Below are positions 26,601 through 39,967 of a stretch of 64,000 bases of DNA, piece after piece. Every line of letters starts with the position of its first letter. The stretch's first letter is position 1. Origin of the DNA: Lama guanicoe (Eukaryota); assembly GCA_013239625.1 (NCBI GenBank), contig MU053792.1, positions 594,941 to 658,940 of the forward strand, read 5' to 3'. Made by a program: the position numbers and the translations under genes. The notes below the pieces were generated by a model. The model saw nothing but the letters and a program-made list of their open reading frames with translations, had not been told where the DNA came from and did no database searches.

Positions 26601-27157
26601 GCACATTCATTTTAGACTTTCATATGACAAGCTGACTTTTCCTGTAGAAATCTTAGAAAAAAAGAAGACTGTGTGTAAATATTCTCACTAAAAATAATGT
26701 GGAATAACATACAAATTATCTTCAACAAGCCCCTCTTAGAGCAAACTCCTATCAGTCAGGTAGACCCAATCTTGAAGTAGGTGGCTATTTGAGCAAACAT
26801 TTTGCAGTGTAATCAACTGAAATTGGAAATTTGTAAGAAGTCCAAGTTTTATAACTTTTATATTTAAAAAATGAAATTTCAGGCAGATCAGTCTTTCATC
26901 ATGGTTATTTCTTATGAATTATCAATTAGCTGATTAAACAAAAAAATTTCCACTTAATTATGGTAAACATAAAAACTGAAAAAAACATACACTTTAGGCC
27001 AAATTTATAGTCAATGAAAATACTGCTCTCAAATGATAATCAATGTAAATACTATATTTCAAATACTATTTTCCTCAGATAATGCTACGCTTTGACTTGG
27101 CATTACATACAGCTACACTAAGTGAACCAAACATTTGCGTGCACATACGTCCTAAAT

Positions 27158-27334
27158 CTGTTGTTCCCAAACTTGCATCACTTTTACCGACGTATTTATA
27201 AAAATGCAGATATTCGATAGACTCAAAAACTTTCCTGAGGAAATGGAAGGCAGGAGGGAGAAGGACACAAAAATCTATTTTTTTAAGAAAAATTTCCAGA
27301 TAATTCTAATGATCAATCGTCTTTAAGGACCACT
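27158..27334. mobile_element. hAT-Charlie MER5-like element
   Basis: gttcccaaacttg...aaaatgcagat...agataattctaatgatc...ggaccact. Confidence 0.6.
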
Positions 27335-28380
27335 ATTCTGAATGTAACTGGCTGAGATGTATTGAACCGTTAGAGTCCTTCCCTGTGAAGACCTCTACTT
27401 TGGCTTCATTAAATTCTGAAGAAAGAGTCTCAAATACACCCAAATTGCTTATGACACTTTGATAACCTTTGTTTCCATGTCACTGCACACTTACGTTTGG
27501 GGTTGCATTGATGTGGCTCAGTAGATAGTAACAGTTATAGTAGTCTGTTGTCATTTATCATTTCCACACCAGCTTCTCTGTAATGGTAATTGCTTCAGTG
27601 CCAAAAGAATGAATAACGCTCATCCCTGAGCGAATTAATGGAACTCTGTCACTTTATGTCCAATGTGGTATTAAATATTACTGATGAAACAGGTTTAAAT
27701 TTCACACACAAAGTGAGCCATTTTATAGACCTTTAGCACATTTTGGAGCTTCATATAATATTGATGCTAGAGTTTCCTGTTCCACAAAGGAGGAGTTAAC
27801 TTTCTTGATATTTTGCAATTAGTATTTGGCATAAAAACTTTTTCTATAAGGACCACTAACACAGTGACTCATACCAACTAGAAGTTTCTGCCTCCTCATT
27901 TCAGAGAAGTTGTACCCCCCCCAGAAAATGGGTTTCTTTTTTATGACAGTATTGAGTTATGCTTAATTCATACATGTACCCAGGTTGCTGATCAATCTAG
28001 TATAATGTTATACTGACCAACCAATCAAGCCCTATTCAGCTGAATGTCTGTAAGTAAGGGTTTTCCAGAAAAACAATCTTCTACCTGGATGAACCTCGCA
28101 GGGTCATCACTGTGATACAAATTCACCCATAGTATGAAAATGCTTAGCTGGAGGGACAAAAGCCAGGTAGCATGGAGTCAAGAAAAGCAGCCTAGACGAA
28201 ATGCATAGTTAAGTCTAGAAGATTGAGCAAAAGCAAGTGGGCTGGAAGGATAGTGAGTGAGGAGTGTGTTGAGCTGGGCTTTGGCTTTGTTCCCTTTTCA
28301 TTTGTTCATTTCCATTTTGTGGAAAAAAACCAGTGGCCTGACAAAGAGCAATAAGAACAGTAATGTGTGTTAACATCCTG

Positions 28381-28924
28381 TGTAGTTCATAGTTAACTTA
28401 CCTGTCTACTTATTTTAGCTTTTTGGTTGAGTTTAGCAGTCAGGAGGAGGGAAAACAAAGTGTAAATGGGGTAAAATTGCTAGTCACCCTCAGCACAGCC
28501 GCGACACCAGGAGAATGTCCCAGTCTATGCAGAAGCGACCACCAGATACAGCAGCTAAAGTAACGTGCATACATTTCTTACAGTGACTGAGAACTTCCTC
28601 AGGGGAAGTGACAGGTCTGAGTCCCTAGTAAGTCTAAACAACGAGGCTCAGTACACAGATACCTAAATTCAAGCTTGGGACCACTATCTTTTGTCCCACC
28701 TTCAACCTCTTTATAAACACCTCTTCTGTCTCTCCATAGGTAGATCTACTTAGATCTTTCGTATTTCTGTCCCGAGTTTCTGTTTACTTAATTTGCCCCT
28801 TGTTCTTCTCTATCTAAACCTTAATAAAAGGGTGAATGCTTGAGGGCGGCAACCAGCAGGGGACTTGTGCAACTAAAACTCTGTAGAGCTATTATCCTTA
28901 ACTGCGACCAGGGTACTATCCACA
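28381..28924 (+). mobile_element. Solo LTR, 544 bp, 5-bp TSD
   Basis: TG...CA termini (tgtag / ccaca); TSD tcctg and tcatg; TATAAA 28712-28717; AATAAA 28823-28828. Confidence 0.75.
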
Positions 28925-30696
28925 TCATGTAATTCTCCAGATATTCTGTCCACAATGTAGCCAACACCCTCTTTTTTCTTTCTGTGTAAGTTTGTTATAA
29001 CAATTATAATTTACAAGAGACTTCTCTTTTATACACAGGACTATTGGTGTTATTTTAAACAATAGTTTTCTTCTCTGGGTTCTTTGGATATTATCTCCGA
29101 AGGGAAATAACTGTGTAAAGAACATTATGACAAAGGAATATTCTCTGCATGACTAAGACTTTTGGGAGTTGCAGTTATCCTTTTTTGTATAGATAGAGAC
29201 AATTTCTCCAATATTTTAGATTTTTGTTTGAGTTATTTCCCTCAAAGTCATAGTATTTCTAAGTAATGAAAGTATTGAAATTTCTCACTGCAGTTAGGTT
29301 CTCAGAAATAATTATGTATTTACTGTTTTACAGTAATGTTTTCTTAAAAAATCATGTCAGTATGTGTTTTATATTAATAATCATCCTAGGAGGAAGCAAC
29401 TTTGATTTACAAAGGAAAAAAAGAAATGTTGGACTGAGTTGGAGAATGGAAAATAAGTACTTATTGATTCAGTAATGAACCAGAGAGAAGAATGTATGTA
29501 AAGTGTACACTGATAATTGAATGAAATGATTTTTGAGTCCTCAGTATAAACTACCATTTGATCTGTACATTTAAGAAGATGGGTTTATTTCTGCAGGAAG
29601 CAAAAATAGTATAAAATAATGAACTGAAGGTTTTAAACACCAAGGACTAATAGAAGCCACAGAAAATGTATAGAGAACCAAGGAATCAGCATTGGTGGGT
29701 ATAACCCTCAATTCCAGTAGTTAACTCCAGAATAAACAAATCTATGCTATGGGAAAACTATCATTAATCAATGTAACTTGAGCTTTCCCCACCCTTTTTA
29801 TGGGTAACAATCAAACTTTTCAAAATGTACTCATCCAAAAATATTTTACAAATATTGGGATACATTTTTCTTCTTCAAAGGTAACAGAGAAAATAGCATC
29901 ATTCTTTGATGTGTTCTTTGTCTTGCATTGATTTTCCCCTAGTATTACTGGTTGAGAAGTACTAACCTACTGTTAGAAGTGATCCCAAAATCTGAAGGAC
30001 AGATGCAAAGGCTGGTCTATATAACACTCTCGGTAAACTTCATTGCTAAGCCTCTTTAAATTACTGCTAAACCGTCTTTTCCAAATCTCTTGGAAAATCT
30101 GCTCCAATATGTCTCTGCTGTAACACCTTTTAGATTCAGAATCAGCTACCCACTAATGGAATCCAGCAACGTTTCCCATTTTCATCTGCTCATGATAGTA
30201 TACTCAACTATCAGGCTGTCTGAGACAAACTATGTGATGATTCACTGCTCACAAATTGGTCAACCTGAAGTCAAATCAAAAGAACAGCACAAGACTGTTT
30301 TTCTTTTAATGTTGCAGGTTGAAGTTAAAAGCCACTACAGTTAAAAACAAAAAATAGGAGAATGTTTTACAAATAAGTAGCAACAAATAGACTCTAATAC
30401 TATAGGATGAAAAATTAAAGATGGATTTGATTTACACAGGAGATATCCAGTACATCTTCAGTGTGGCTTTCTTGATGCTGTCAATCAGTTTAACATGACA
30501 TCTTTGTTGTGAACTTGTAAGAGTCAACAGTCTTCATACTGTCACCTTGACAATTTGTTTGCATGACTAAGATGATACTTCAGAGTAAGCAGAACTGTGT
30601 TTCACTATTCCCTTTCACTTTTCAAGTATTGTTCATCTTCCTAAGGATCAATTTGCCACAACATTGATCTACTTTTGAGACTTTCCACTAAATAGT

Positions 30697-31513
30697 AATT
30701 CAAGAAGTGGATATTACACTCATTAACATATATGCACCCAGTATAAGAGAACCTAAATATATAAAACAAATATTAATAGACATAAAGGGAGAAATTGATG
30801 AAAATACAATAATAGTAGGAGACTTTAATGTCATCAGACAGATCTCATAGACAGAAAATCAAGAGGGCAATAGACATACTAAATAACACAATAGAACAAA
30901 TAGAGTTAGTTGCTATTTTAGGAAATTACATATCCCCCCACAAAAAGAATATACATTGTTTTCAGGTGCTCATGGAACATTGTCTAGGACGGACCATGTA
31001 CTCAGACATAAAACAAGCCCCAACAAATTTAAGAGTATAGAAATTATTTCAAGCATTTTACCTGACCACAATGGCATGAAACCAGAAATCAACTACAGAA
31101 AGAGAAATGGGAAAAAAAAATTGCATAGAGACTAAACAACATGCTACTAAAAATCAAAAAGTCAATGATGAAATCAAAGAGGAAATTTAAAAATACCTTA
31201 AGAAAAATGACAATAAAAACACAGCCACACAAAACCTAGGGGATGCAGCAAGACCAGTGCTAAGAGGGAAGTTCATAGAGATGCAGGCCTTCCTCAAAAA
31301 ATAAGAACAATCTTATAAACAACGTAACCTACCCCCTAAAAGAATTAGGCAAAGAAGAACAAACAAAATCTAAAGTCAACTGAAGAGAAGAAATAATAAA
31401 GATCAGGGAGGAAAGAAATAAAATAGAGATTAAAAAAACAATAAAAAAATCAATAAAAGCAAGAGCTGGTTTTTTGAAACATTATGCAAAATCGACAAAC
31501 CTTTGGCCAGGCT
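30697..31513 (+). mobile_element. Internal L1 ORF2 endonuclease-domain fragment
   Basis: Translates IQEVDITLINIYAPS...ENTIIVGDFN, later PDHNGMKPEIN and KSWFFE..KIDKPLAR; no 3'UTR or poly(A). Confidence 0.92.
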
Positions 31514-33409
31514 GGAGGTAATAACTGAATAGTGGCAGGTACACTATGTGGTGGGTGAACAGTATGTACAAAAATACACAACTACATACTGGACTTTCTG
31601 ATTGAAGTTTGGCATGAATCTTGCATTTTATCTAGTAACTACATTAATTTAAGAGTCTAAATCAAAGTCGTCTATTGGAAAGGGGTGTGTCTTGTTGTAT
31701 ATGCAAAATTAAAGAATCTAAATACGAAAAGGAAAATAAGATTAATATATTTAAAGAAGGTGCAGATGGAAGGTGTTTTCTTTTTCATCAGAAATAATTT
31801 TTGATTTTTCATAAGTCTCTTAAGTTAATTATTTGTGTTTACAACTATTTTACCATTAAATTCCTCATGTTTAAAAATTATTTTTAGGAAAGATGTTAAC
31901 TGGCATTTTTCATAAACATAGTAAACTTTTAAAGTTAAAGACTATTAATATGAATGTCATATACACTCAGCTTACAAAATGTTTGAGCATCTGATCTTTC
32001 CTAGTTTCCAAATAGTGAGCAATATTACTTGAATATGTATAAAAATTGATGAGGTACATGTGTTTCAACATTTAAATTATGCTGTGGACATTATCACCAC
32101 GTACCAGAAAAGATTAAATTTATTAAACAATTTATATACTTACATACTTACATTTTCAACTTACAATTAACAGAGAAATACTTTTAGTGGTGAAAACACC
32201 CTTTACCTGTTTTAAGAAAATCAGCGAACCTATGTTGGTACTACTGTAAAGTACAAAGTAAGTTTTCTAATTTAAAAAATGTTTACTGTATTATGCCTAG
32301 TGCTTACTTATGGGCATAGAAATGTTTTGAAAATTATGCTTTCTGCTGTGAATATTATCTAGAAACCTGAAGTGTTTATGCAGAGGGAGGATGCTGCGCT
32401 TGGACTAAGCTGTGCTTTGTAAAAAGCATCATGATTTTTCATAGAGGAGCACCGTTAATAAAATAGATATTATAATAAATTACAAACATTTGAGCTGAAT
32501 AAATATTTAAGTGCATCTTTTTTAGATTTAATTTAAGATGTTTTTTAGATGAATTTGCTACATGCCATGAGTTTATGAGCTAAATAAGATGAAATAATTG
32601 AACATTCCTTTTTCATCCTGAATGGGCTTTTTCCTTAAAAACCTGTAGTTTACATTGTAAAAATGAGGTTCAGAAAAACAAGTAACTAATCTTTAAAGAG
32701 AGTGCTCTAAATGGCCTGGAATTTATAAAATAATCTACTGTATTACAGAGAAAAATCTGAAGTGTGCCTAGAAAAAGAAAAAAGAAGTTCACTATTCTGG
32801 ATAAAAAGATGTGAGATTAAGAGGAGTGATTTCTGTGGGGACCAGCTTGAGTTCTGTGAATCCAATATGAGTAAATTCACGCAGGTCAGAAGGGGAAATT
32901 ATTCACAAATAAAACAACAGGTTGGAGAAATTATTTTGGCTGTGATATTTGACATTGCCTGTGCAATAAGAAATTTAGAGAGATATGGGATTCAGGTGTG
33001 AAATGAATAAAGACGTGCTCAGTCTTTGTTGAAGTCTTGGAAGAAGTTTCTAAGAGACGCTGTGTGAAAAGTAGCAAAATATAATGAACTCATAATTTCC
33101 TTGTTAAATGTGACTTGAAAAGATAGATTCAACTCTTGTTGAATTTGAATTTTAAACTTCCATGTCAAGACGTTAGACTGAATTCACATATTAATCTCTT
33201 CTTCTATAACCCTAAAAAAAAATTAAGTAATTAAAAGTTATAAATCCACACTGGTGAAGGCAGTGGGAAAAGGCCATGAGTAGATTCTAAAATGTTCACA
33301 GAAACAAAGCCAAAAAGGAGCCAATGAATTTGGCCACACCCCAGGGAGATTCATGAAACAAAATACCTGGGAGTTCCATAATACCAATTCGTTCCTGACC
33401 TAACCCCCA

Positions 33410-33877
33410 TGTGGCAGGTCCTTTTCATTGTTAACCCGAATGTCATCTACATCAACCCCCAACCCTTTCCTTATTGGAAGAGCTGGATGTCACCATCAAG
33501 GCTAAAAGTGCCAAATACTCACTTCTGACAACTCCCTTATATCTTGGCCCCGAGCATTTGACCCAACTCTGAACAGCGGGATGTAAGGAGGTCTTGAGAG
33601 ACGTCTGGGGAAGGTTTTTCTCACTCAGGTAAAAACAGTCTTAGGAGAAAACACTGTTTTTATTCATCGTAGTTGTCGTGTCTACCTAGGATACCTGGAA
33701 TTGCCACAGTCTTCTGTGACCAAGGGACAAGCCCAAGAGCCTCTGCCCTAAATCCCATCATTGGACTTAGGCGTTAACCCTGGAATAACCTACCTCATAT
33801 CTAGAGATGCTCCACACTGTTTACGCCATTTTATTTAACTATTGAGTTACTTGAGGCCAAAACCCTTCTGACAGACA
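33410..33877 (+). mobile_element. Old MaLR solo LTR (MLT1-type)
   Basis: tgtggcag start; tctggggaaggtttttctc and tacctggaattgccacagtc; ends ttacttgaggccaaaacccttctgacagaca. Confidence 0.6.
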
Positions 33878-34149
33878 GCCTCAAATAAAGCCTCTTAATT
33901 GACAAGCTCTTACCAGGTCTGGAGTCCCAGTCAATTTTTTAAAGACTAATTCTAAAATATGAACAAATAGGCAAGGGTCCCCAGACTTTTGAGGAAAGCT
34001 TGTAACATAGGACTGAAAGAATATTGGAAAAACAGAAGAAAAAGCAACAATTCAGTGAAAAGAATATAAATTTAAATCTAAAACCTTCTATTATTATTAC
34101 CAGAAAATTTATTACGTCTAGGAACTTCTGTAAAGTGTGAAGCTGGAGT

Positions 34150-34640
34150 CACAAAAAACTAAATGTAATATGTAATATGTGGATCCTGTTTAGATTCTGA
34201 TTCAAATAGCCTTTTGAGGGAAAAAATCATTTTGAAACAAATAGGAAAATAAGAATATAGGCTGGATATTAGATAAAATCAAATAATTAATTGTGCTAGG
34301 TAAGATAAGGGCACCATATTAGATGATGAAAATTTATGCACTTTTAGAGAAATTCGTGCTTAATTCCTTGTACAGACTAATGTATAAAAATGATGAAATA
34401 ACAGGATGTCTGGGCTTTGCTTTTAAATATAATACAACTGAGATAGGACAAGCAAGAGGAGGGGAATATATAAGTAGTTGGGTAAATTCTTGATGATGAA
34501 TAAATTTGGGTGATGGGATATGGGAATTAAATAATATTTTTAACAGCATAGTTGCTACTAGAGAAGACCTGGTTAAGGAAAGGTGAGACAAGAGGTTTTT
34601 CCTGTCATTATAGGACTTTCTACACTATTTGATTTTTTTT
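34150..34640 (+). mobile_element. Old L1 3' region (L1MC/ME-like)
   Basis: actaaatgtaatatgtggatcctg...ggctggatattagat...gatgtctgggctttgc. Confidence 0.6.
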
Positions 34641-35794
34641 TTTTTGGAAAATCATGCTCATATATTTCTATGAAAAAAATCTTAATGAATGTATCTTTCC
34701 AGTGCAACCATTAAGGAACTGTAAATTTGAGATAATAAGACTTTTAACTATGCAAAGTGTGTTTATATGTGTATGTGTGTGTGTACGCCAAATAAATATT
34801 AAAAATATGAACTCAAAGGTACTCAAGAAGGTTAAAAGCAGGCAAGACAGAAAAGCTGGTAAGATTTTATTTGTCGTAAAGTAATAATGGATCGTATACA
34901 TTTTGGCTACTCTACACATAACTTGAAATTTGGCAATCCACTTTATCATTTTATTTAACCATTATGAAAAATTCATTTTATGGGGTGGATATAATGGGAA
35001 GTGAAAATGTTAATAAACCAAAGTGGAGAGTTTAAATTAGGAAGGAAAAAAGGAATCTGTCAGATTAATAGGATGAAATCATGGTAAACACGGCCATAGT
35101 AACATGAAAGTACTGAATTTTTAGAAAGGAAAAATAGCTTTACTCTTTACTCATTCTGAAATAGAATTTTGAGAAAGATGGAAAATATTACAGAGCAAAG
35201 CAAATGCTACATAACTAGAGAGAGCCATAGAAAGCTGAAAGCACATGATCTAGGAGAAAGCTAAATATTTCAAAAAAGGTAGTAGCTGACAAGGAGAGAA
35301 AAGAAGTTCTGAGCTAAGGCTGAGATCTCTATCGGTGAGAAGAATGATGTCCTTTCAACTCCAAAATTGCCTTTTGCTTTACATCTATGACACAGAAAGC
35401 AAAATACTACATATTAAAATAGTATCTAAAAATGAGTGAACAAAAGCAAATTTGCCAAAAATGTTTACAGAGCAGATAATACAAAATGTCCTTGCCCCTT
35501 TATGAAGAAACATTGTTATTAAATACCAGTAAGTATAAACTTATGCTGCTCAGAACAAAAATTTTAAAAAGAATAACTGTCTTGAAAAACCATAAACTCT
35601 TTATATCAAACATGCACCAATTGACTCAACCAAATTTTAATATAGAGAAATTTATAAATCTAAAGTGCATAGGCTTTCCAATTAAAAAGTTACCCACTTA
35701 AGAAAATCCATTATATTATAAATTTTTGCAAAATACATCAACTCAACTAAAGTATTTCATTTGAGTTACTAGTAATAGGGATTGTTTAAATTCA

Positions 35795-36560
35795 TCTACT
35801 TCTTTGATAAATATTTATTGCAAATCTGCTAAGTTCTAGGCACAGTCATTACTCCCAAAGGACTCGTGGTCTCACGTGGAAAATCAACATGTAAATATGT
35901 TTTAAAGTGACAAATGCTGCAGGAGATATCTGTATAACATGATGTGCCAGCAGAGATGATGGCAGGACTCAAAATGCTGAAGTTCACATTTATCTTTGCT
36001 AGTAGGTAGACATCCCAGATGGTGAATCTGGACCCTCACTAGTTATAAATCATAATAAATGATTACCTTGCAAGGCTGTAAGGAAGACTGGAGGAAATGC
36101 TGCATCACTAACATCACACAGCCTATCATGTAGTAATTGCTTATTCCACTACTTAACAACTAATCTATTGAGTGTCCAGTGTATAAGATGATCAAGATGT
36201 CGGTGATTCTATAGAGAACAAGGCAGCCAAAGAGTTGAGTTCATGGAACCAAGATTTTAGCAGCATGTATAGTTAGGAGAGGTCTCTCGTTTGAAGTCCA
36301 TTTTTAGCCCAGAAGTGAATGGCTGGGAGTCAGACAAGTGAAGATTAGGAAAAGGAAAGTCAAAACCAATGGCCCTATGATCAAAATGAGCTCGTTGATT
36401 TTGAAACAGAAAGAAAATCAATGTTTCCGGCATGAAGACAGGGTGGCAAGTGAAAGAGAAAATTGATGAGATCCATGAGGGATGGGCATGGAAGGGCCTT
36501 AAAAACCAGATTAAGGAGTTTTGACCTTTATCCCAAGTTGGGACAAAGCGGGAAAGCAAC
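35795..36560 (-). mobile_element. L2 fragments with an embedded MIR-like piece (about 36020-36150)
   Basis: ataaatatttattg...ctaggcacag; gggcatggaagggccttaaaaaccagattaaggagttttgacc are antisense L2 motifs. Confidence 0.55.
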
Positions 36561-37718
36561 ATAACCTGTGGTATAAATTAAAATGCTAACTCCGGCTGTA
36601 GCATACGCATTTTGTAATTTTGATGCACGTTGCCACTAATATTCTCTGGTACTTTCGCGGCAGGACCGGTAGTCTTTTCCATCTGTAAAATAACTTGCTA
36701 AAACAACCAATTAACAATCTTATTTTGTTAAACTAGTGTGATTGAATTAGTCCTCTGTAAAAGACAGCAATATTCTGGCCAGTCTTTAGAAGAGAAATCA
36801 TTGTGGGACCAAGCGGTTAAATCAGATAAGATGTCAAAGGATCTTAAATATAATTATTTTCGTGGGTTGAGAAGTAAACATCATTTTAATTTTTTTTTTA
36901 GTATGTATTCCACAATAGAATCAGTTGGGTGATTCTCATTTTGTTTAATGATGCCCCAAGGATCCAAACATTTGATTCCCTTTCAAATAGGATAAGCAAT
37001 TATAAGAAGCACTTTCAATTAATTTATTCAAATTTAAACGGACACTATTTGTGAGATAATTTGGCAGTACTGGGGAGATGAATTCAAAAGGAATTAATTT
37101 GGGCTAATGGCAAAGTACCTGCCCATAATTTAATTTTCCAAATATTTTAAATTTTATCTAGCATCTTCTAAAAAGAAAAATATACTCTGACTTTTAGGAA
37201 TAGAAATTTGTGAAGTTTTCTTATCTTTTTTCATTAGTTAGAATTAAAGTAAAAAAAATTGACTTTTTGAGAGTCAGATTATAATATAAACCAGTTTTTT
37301 CACTTCTCAATATTAAAAAGTACCATCTTGATATTATTATAGAATTATGATTTGGGGGCTATTTTAATATTTTGTCTGTTTCTTTCCATTGCATCAATAT
37401 TGAAAATGGATGCGGGCTGTAGTAATCTTTTGTTTTACCATTAAGTACAAGATAAATACTAGGAGGGTGAGCTTACCAGGGGAGGGAATAGGTTTAATCT
37501 TTGTAGTGTGATTCGTAGGTGTTTCAAAAGAAGGCTTCTTTGCCTCCTGTGACTCATTAACTTTTTTAGAAATATGTTTCTTTAGTTTATGAATCATTGA
37601 ATCATTGAGTATTCTCTTTTATACATTTGAATTGGTAAAATATTTTAGTTTGAATTATTTATCTGAATACTTTGGGAGTTCCTCTGTAGCACAAAAGGAA
37701 TAAAAGATTTGATTATGA

Positions 37719-37968
37719 AATAATCATGACTAACAATTTTATGGTCCTTACTCTGTACCAAACATCTTTTTAAGTGCTTTCCACATATAAACTTCTAAGC
37801 AGATAAACTACATGATGAGATAGATCATTTCTATTCCCATTTGGCCTAAAGAAACGAGCCCCTGAGAGTTTCAGTAACTTGCCCTAATTACAGACATGTT
37901 AACTGACAGAGCCATTGATTTGGACCTAGCCATGCTGACTCCCATCCCAGGTTTTTAACCACTGGTGT
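37719..37968 (-). mobile_element. Near-full-length MIR
   Basis: cttactctgtacca...aagtgctttccacat...attcccattt...taacttgccc...gactcc...ttaaccact. Confidence 0.8.
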
Positions 37969-38777
37969 AGCCTTGTCCATGGAGGATGGGGCTGGTGCAA
38001 GGCCAGGTGGGAGGCCACAGGGAGCCAGGGCACAATCCAGGGCACTGGGAACTGGTGGTGAAAAGAGCCCAGAAGGTGGGAAGCATACTGTGAAGCGATT
38101 TGTCTGAGTGTAATATGTAAACAAAGCCATTAATTAATTCTTGTTTTTACAGAGCTACAATAAAATACAGAAAACAGTGCTAATTTCTCAGTTTCTTACT
38201 TGAATTCAAAAAGTCCCCTTTGGGGAGCAACTTATATCAAAATGACTTCATAAGCATTCAGACAAGTTAGGAATATGGTAATACATCCCATTACTTGTGA
38301 GACACTTCCTCCAGTGAGTTGAATGCTGATCATTTTCACAGAAAGTGCACCGAGCTTGGTCTCCATGCCTTTCATCCAGGAACACTTTATGCTTACTTGC
38401 ATGCAGGTATGTGATGGATGAATGCTTTTGGCCAGGAAGGATCCTAGTCATGGTTTTTACCTGGACATGGAATAAACCGGGATCAGTCAAATGAAACTCA
38501 GTTGTTTATTAAAACCAAATGTCTTTCCACTTTATTTTGAAATTTGCTTTATTTTAATGGTTTTTGGATAGAGGCAAACTGAAGGCTATCAATAGGTGAA
38601 GCTGTATATTGCAATAACTTTGAACCAGGGCCTGAGAGCTTTTAAAATGTAGATGTTAACGACAATGTATTAATATCATTGTTTCTCTCTCTCAAAAATG
38701 CAAGAAACAATTTTCTTTGACTATAAATCTCAAAGAAAAATTTATTTTAATTTCTATTAATTGTAGCTTAGTTTTCA

Positions 38778-38840
38778 CTAATCCATTCAAACAATATTTA
38801 TTGAATATCTATTATGTGCCAGGTACTATGTTAGTGCTAA
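38778..38840 (-). mobile_element. L2 3' tail
   Basis: cattcaaacaatatttattgaatatctattatgtgccaggtact. Confidence 0.75.
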
Positions 38841-39967
38841 AATTTATTTCCATAAATTTTGATAATGTTCTTCCCAACTATCTATGGAAAACTGGAGGAA
38901 AAAGATGACAAGAAATAAAATATATTTTATCAAAGATTCAATCATGTAGCTATTCACATGAGTGTATTCCTTCATTATTTCTGAATTGATTGGTTTTAAG
39001 CAGATATTCCTGGAAACTTAATCTCTTTTAATATATGAGATAGTGCATTATATCTAACTGAGGCAGTGTTTGGTGTAGATGTTTATTATTTATTGTTAGT
39101 TTTGTTGATATTATTCAAATTGTATAAATAAATGACTGAAGAGAATTCCTTAATATCTAATATGTGTTGTTTTGATCATTTTTGAATTACTTATTCATAA
39201 AAGAATAGCTAAGTAAATGTTGTGGTTAACCTTACCTAAATTATACTGCCTTGCTTTCTTTTATTGTGTTAACTTAACATGATCATCTTTCTGCCTTATA
39301 TGAAACATTATTTAATTTCCTCCTTTGTCTACGTTTGCTTCTGAGCACTCCTTTTGACTTTAAAAAAAAAAAATCATGCTTCTTTCTGATCATGTTAAAC
39401 TGTCAAGTTCTTAAGCATCTTCCTGAATTGATTACCTACTATCTCCACTGAGTATAAAAACACATGGTCTCAAGATCATTCAGTCTCTTCATTTGTTCAC
39501 GTGGAAGCATTAAAAAAGCATAAGTGGCTCCTATAAAAGGCTTCTCTACCTATAGTGAAAATACTTTGAAAGCCACATAACATAACTGCACATATTCAGA
39601 GCCACTTATGCACTTACTGCAGACAAACTAATTCAACTTTCCATTTTTTTTATATTAAGAAAAGTCCAAGTAATTATGTACTTTGTGCTAGATTTTATTT
39701 GCTCCCAGCAAAGAAAACAAATTTGATGGCCAAGTGTCATGTATGAAAATACCATATATTTATCTTCTCTGGATTTAATGTTCATTAGTGGTTACTGTAT
39801 AAACTACTATGGTGATAAAAACAGAGAGAGTTGATAACTACAAAAGTCAATCAATGCTTAGAAAGCGAAGTGGTGTAAGGTGGAGATGAAGATGAAGGCG
39901 TCAAGGACTGGCCTAATTCATATCATTTTGACTTATATTTGTCTGTTTGCTTGTTTTGTATATATAT

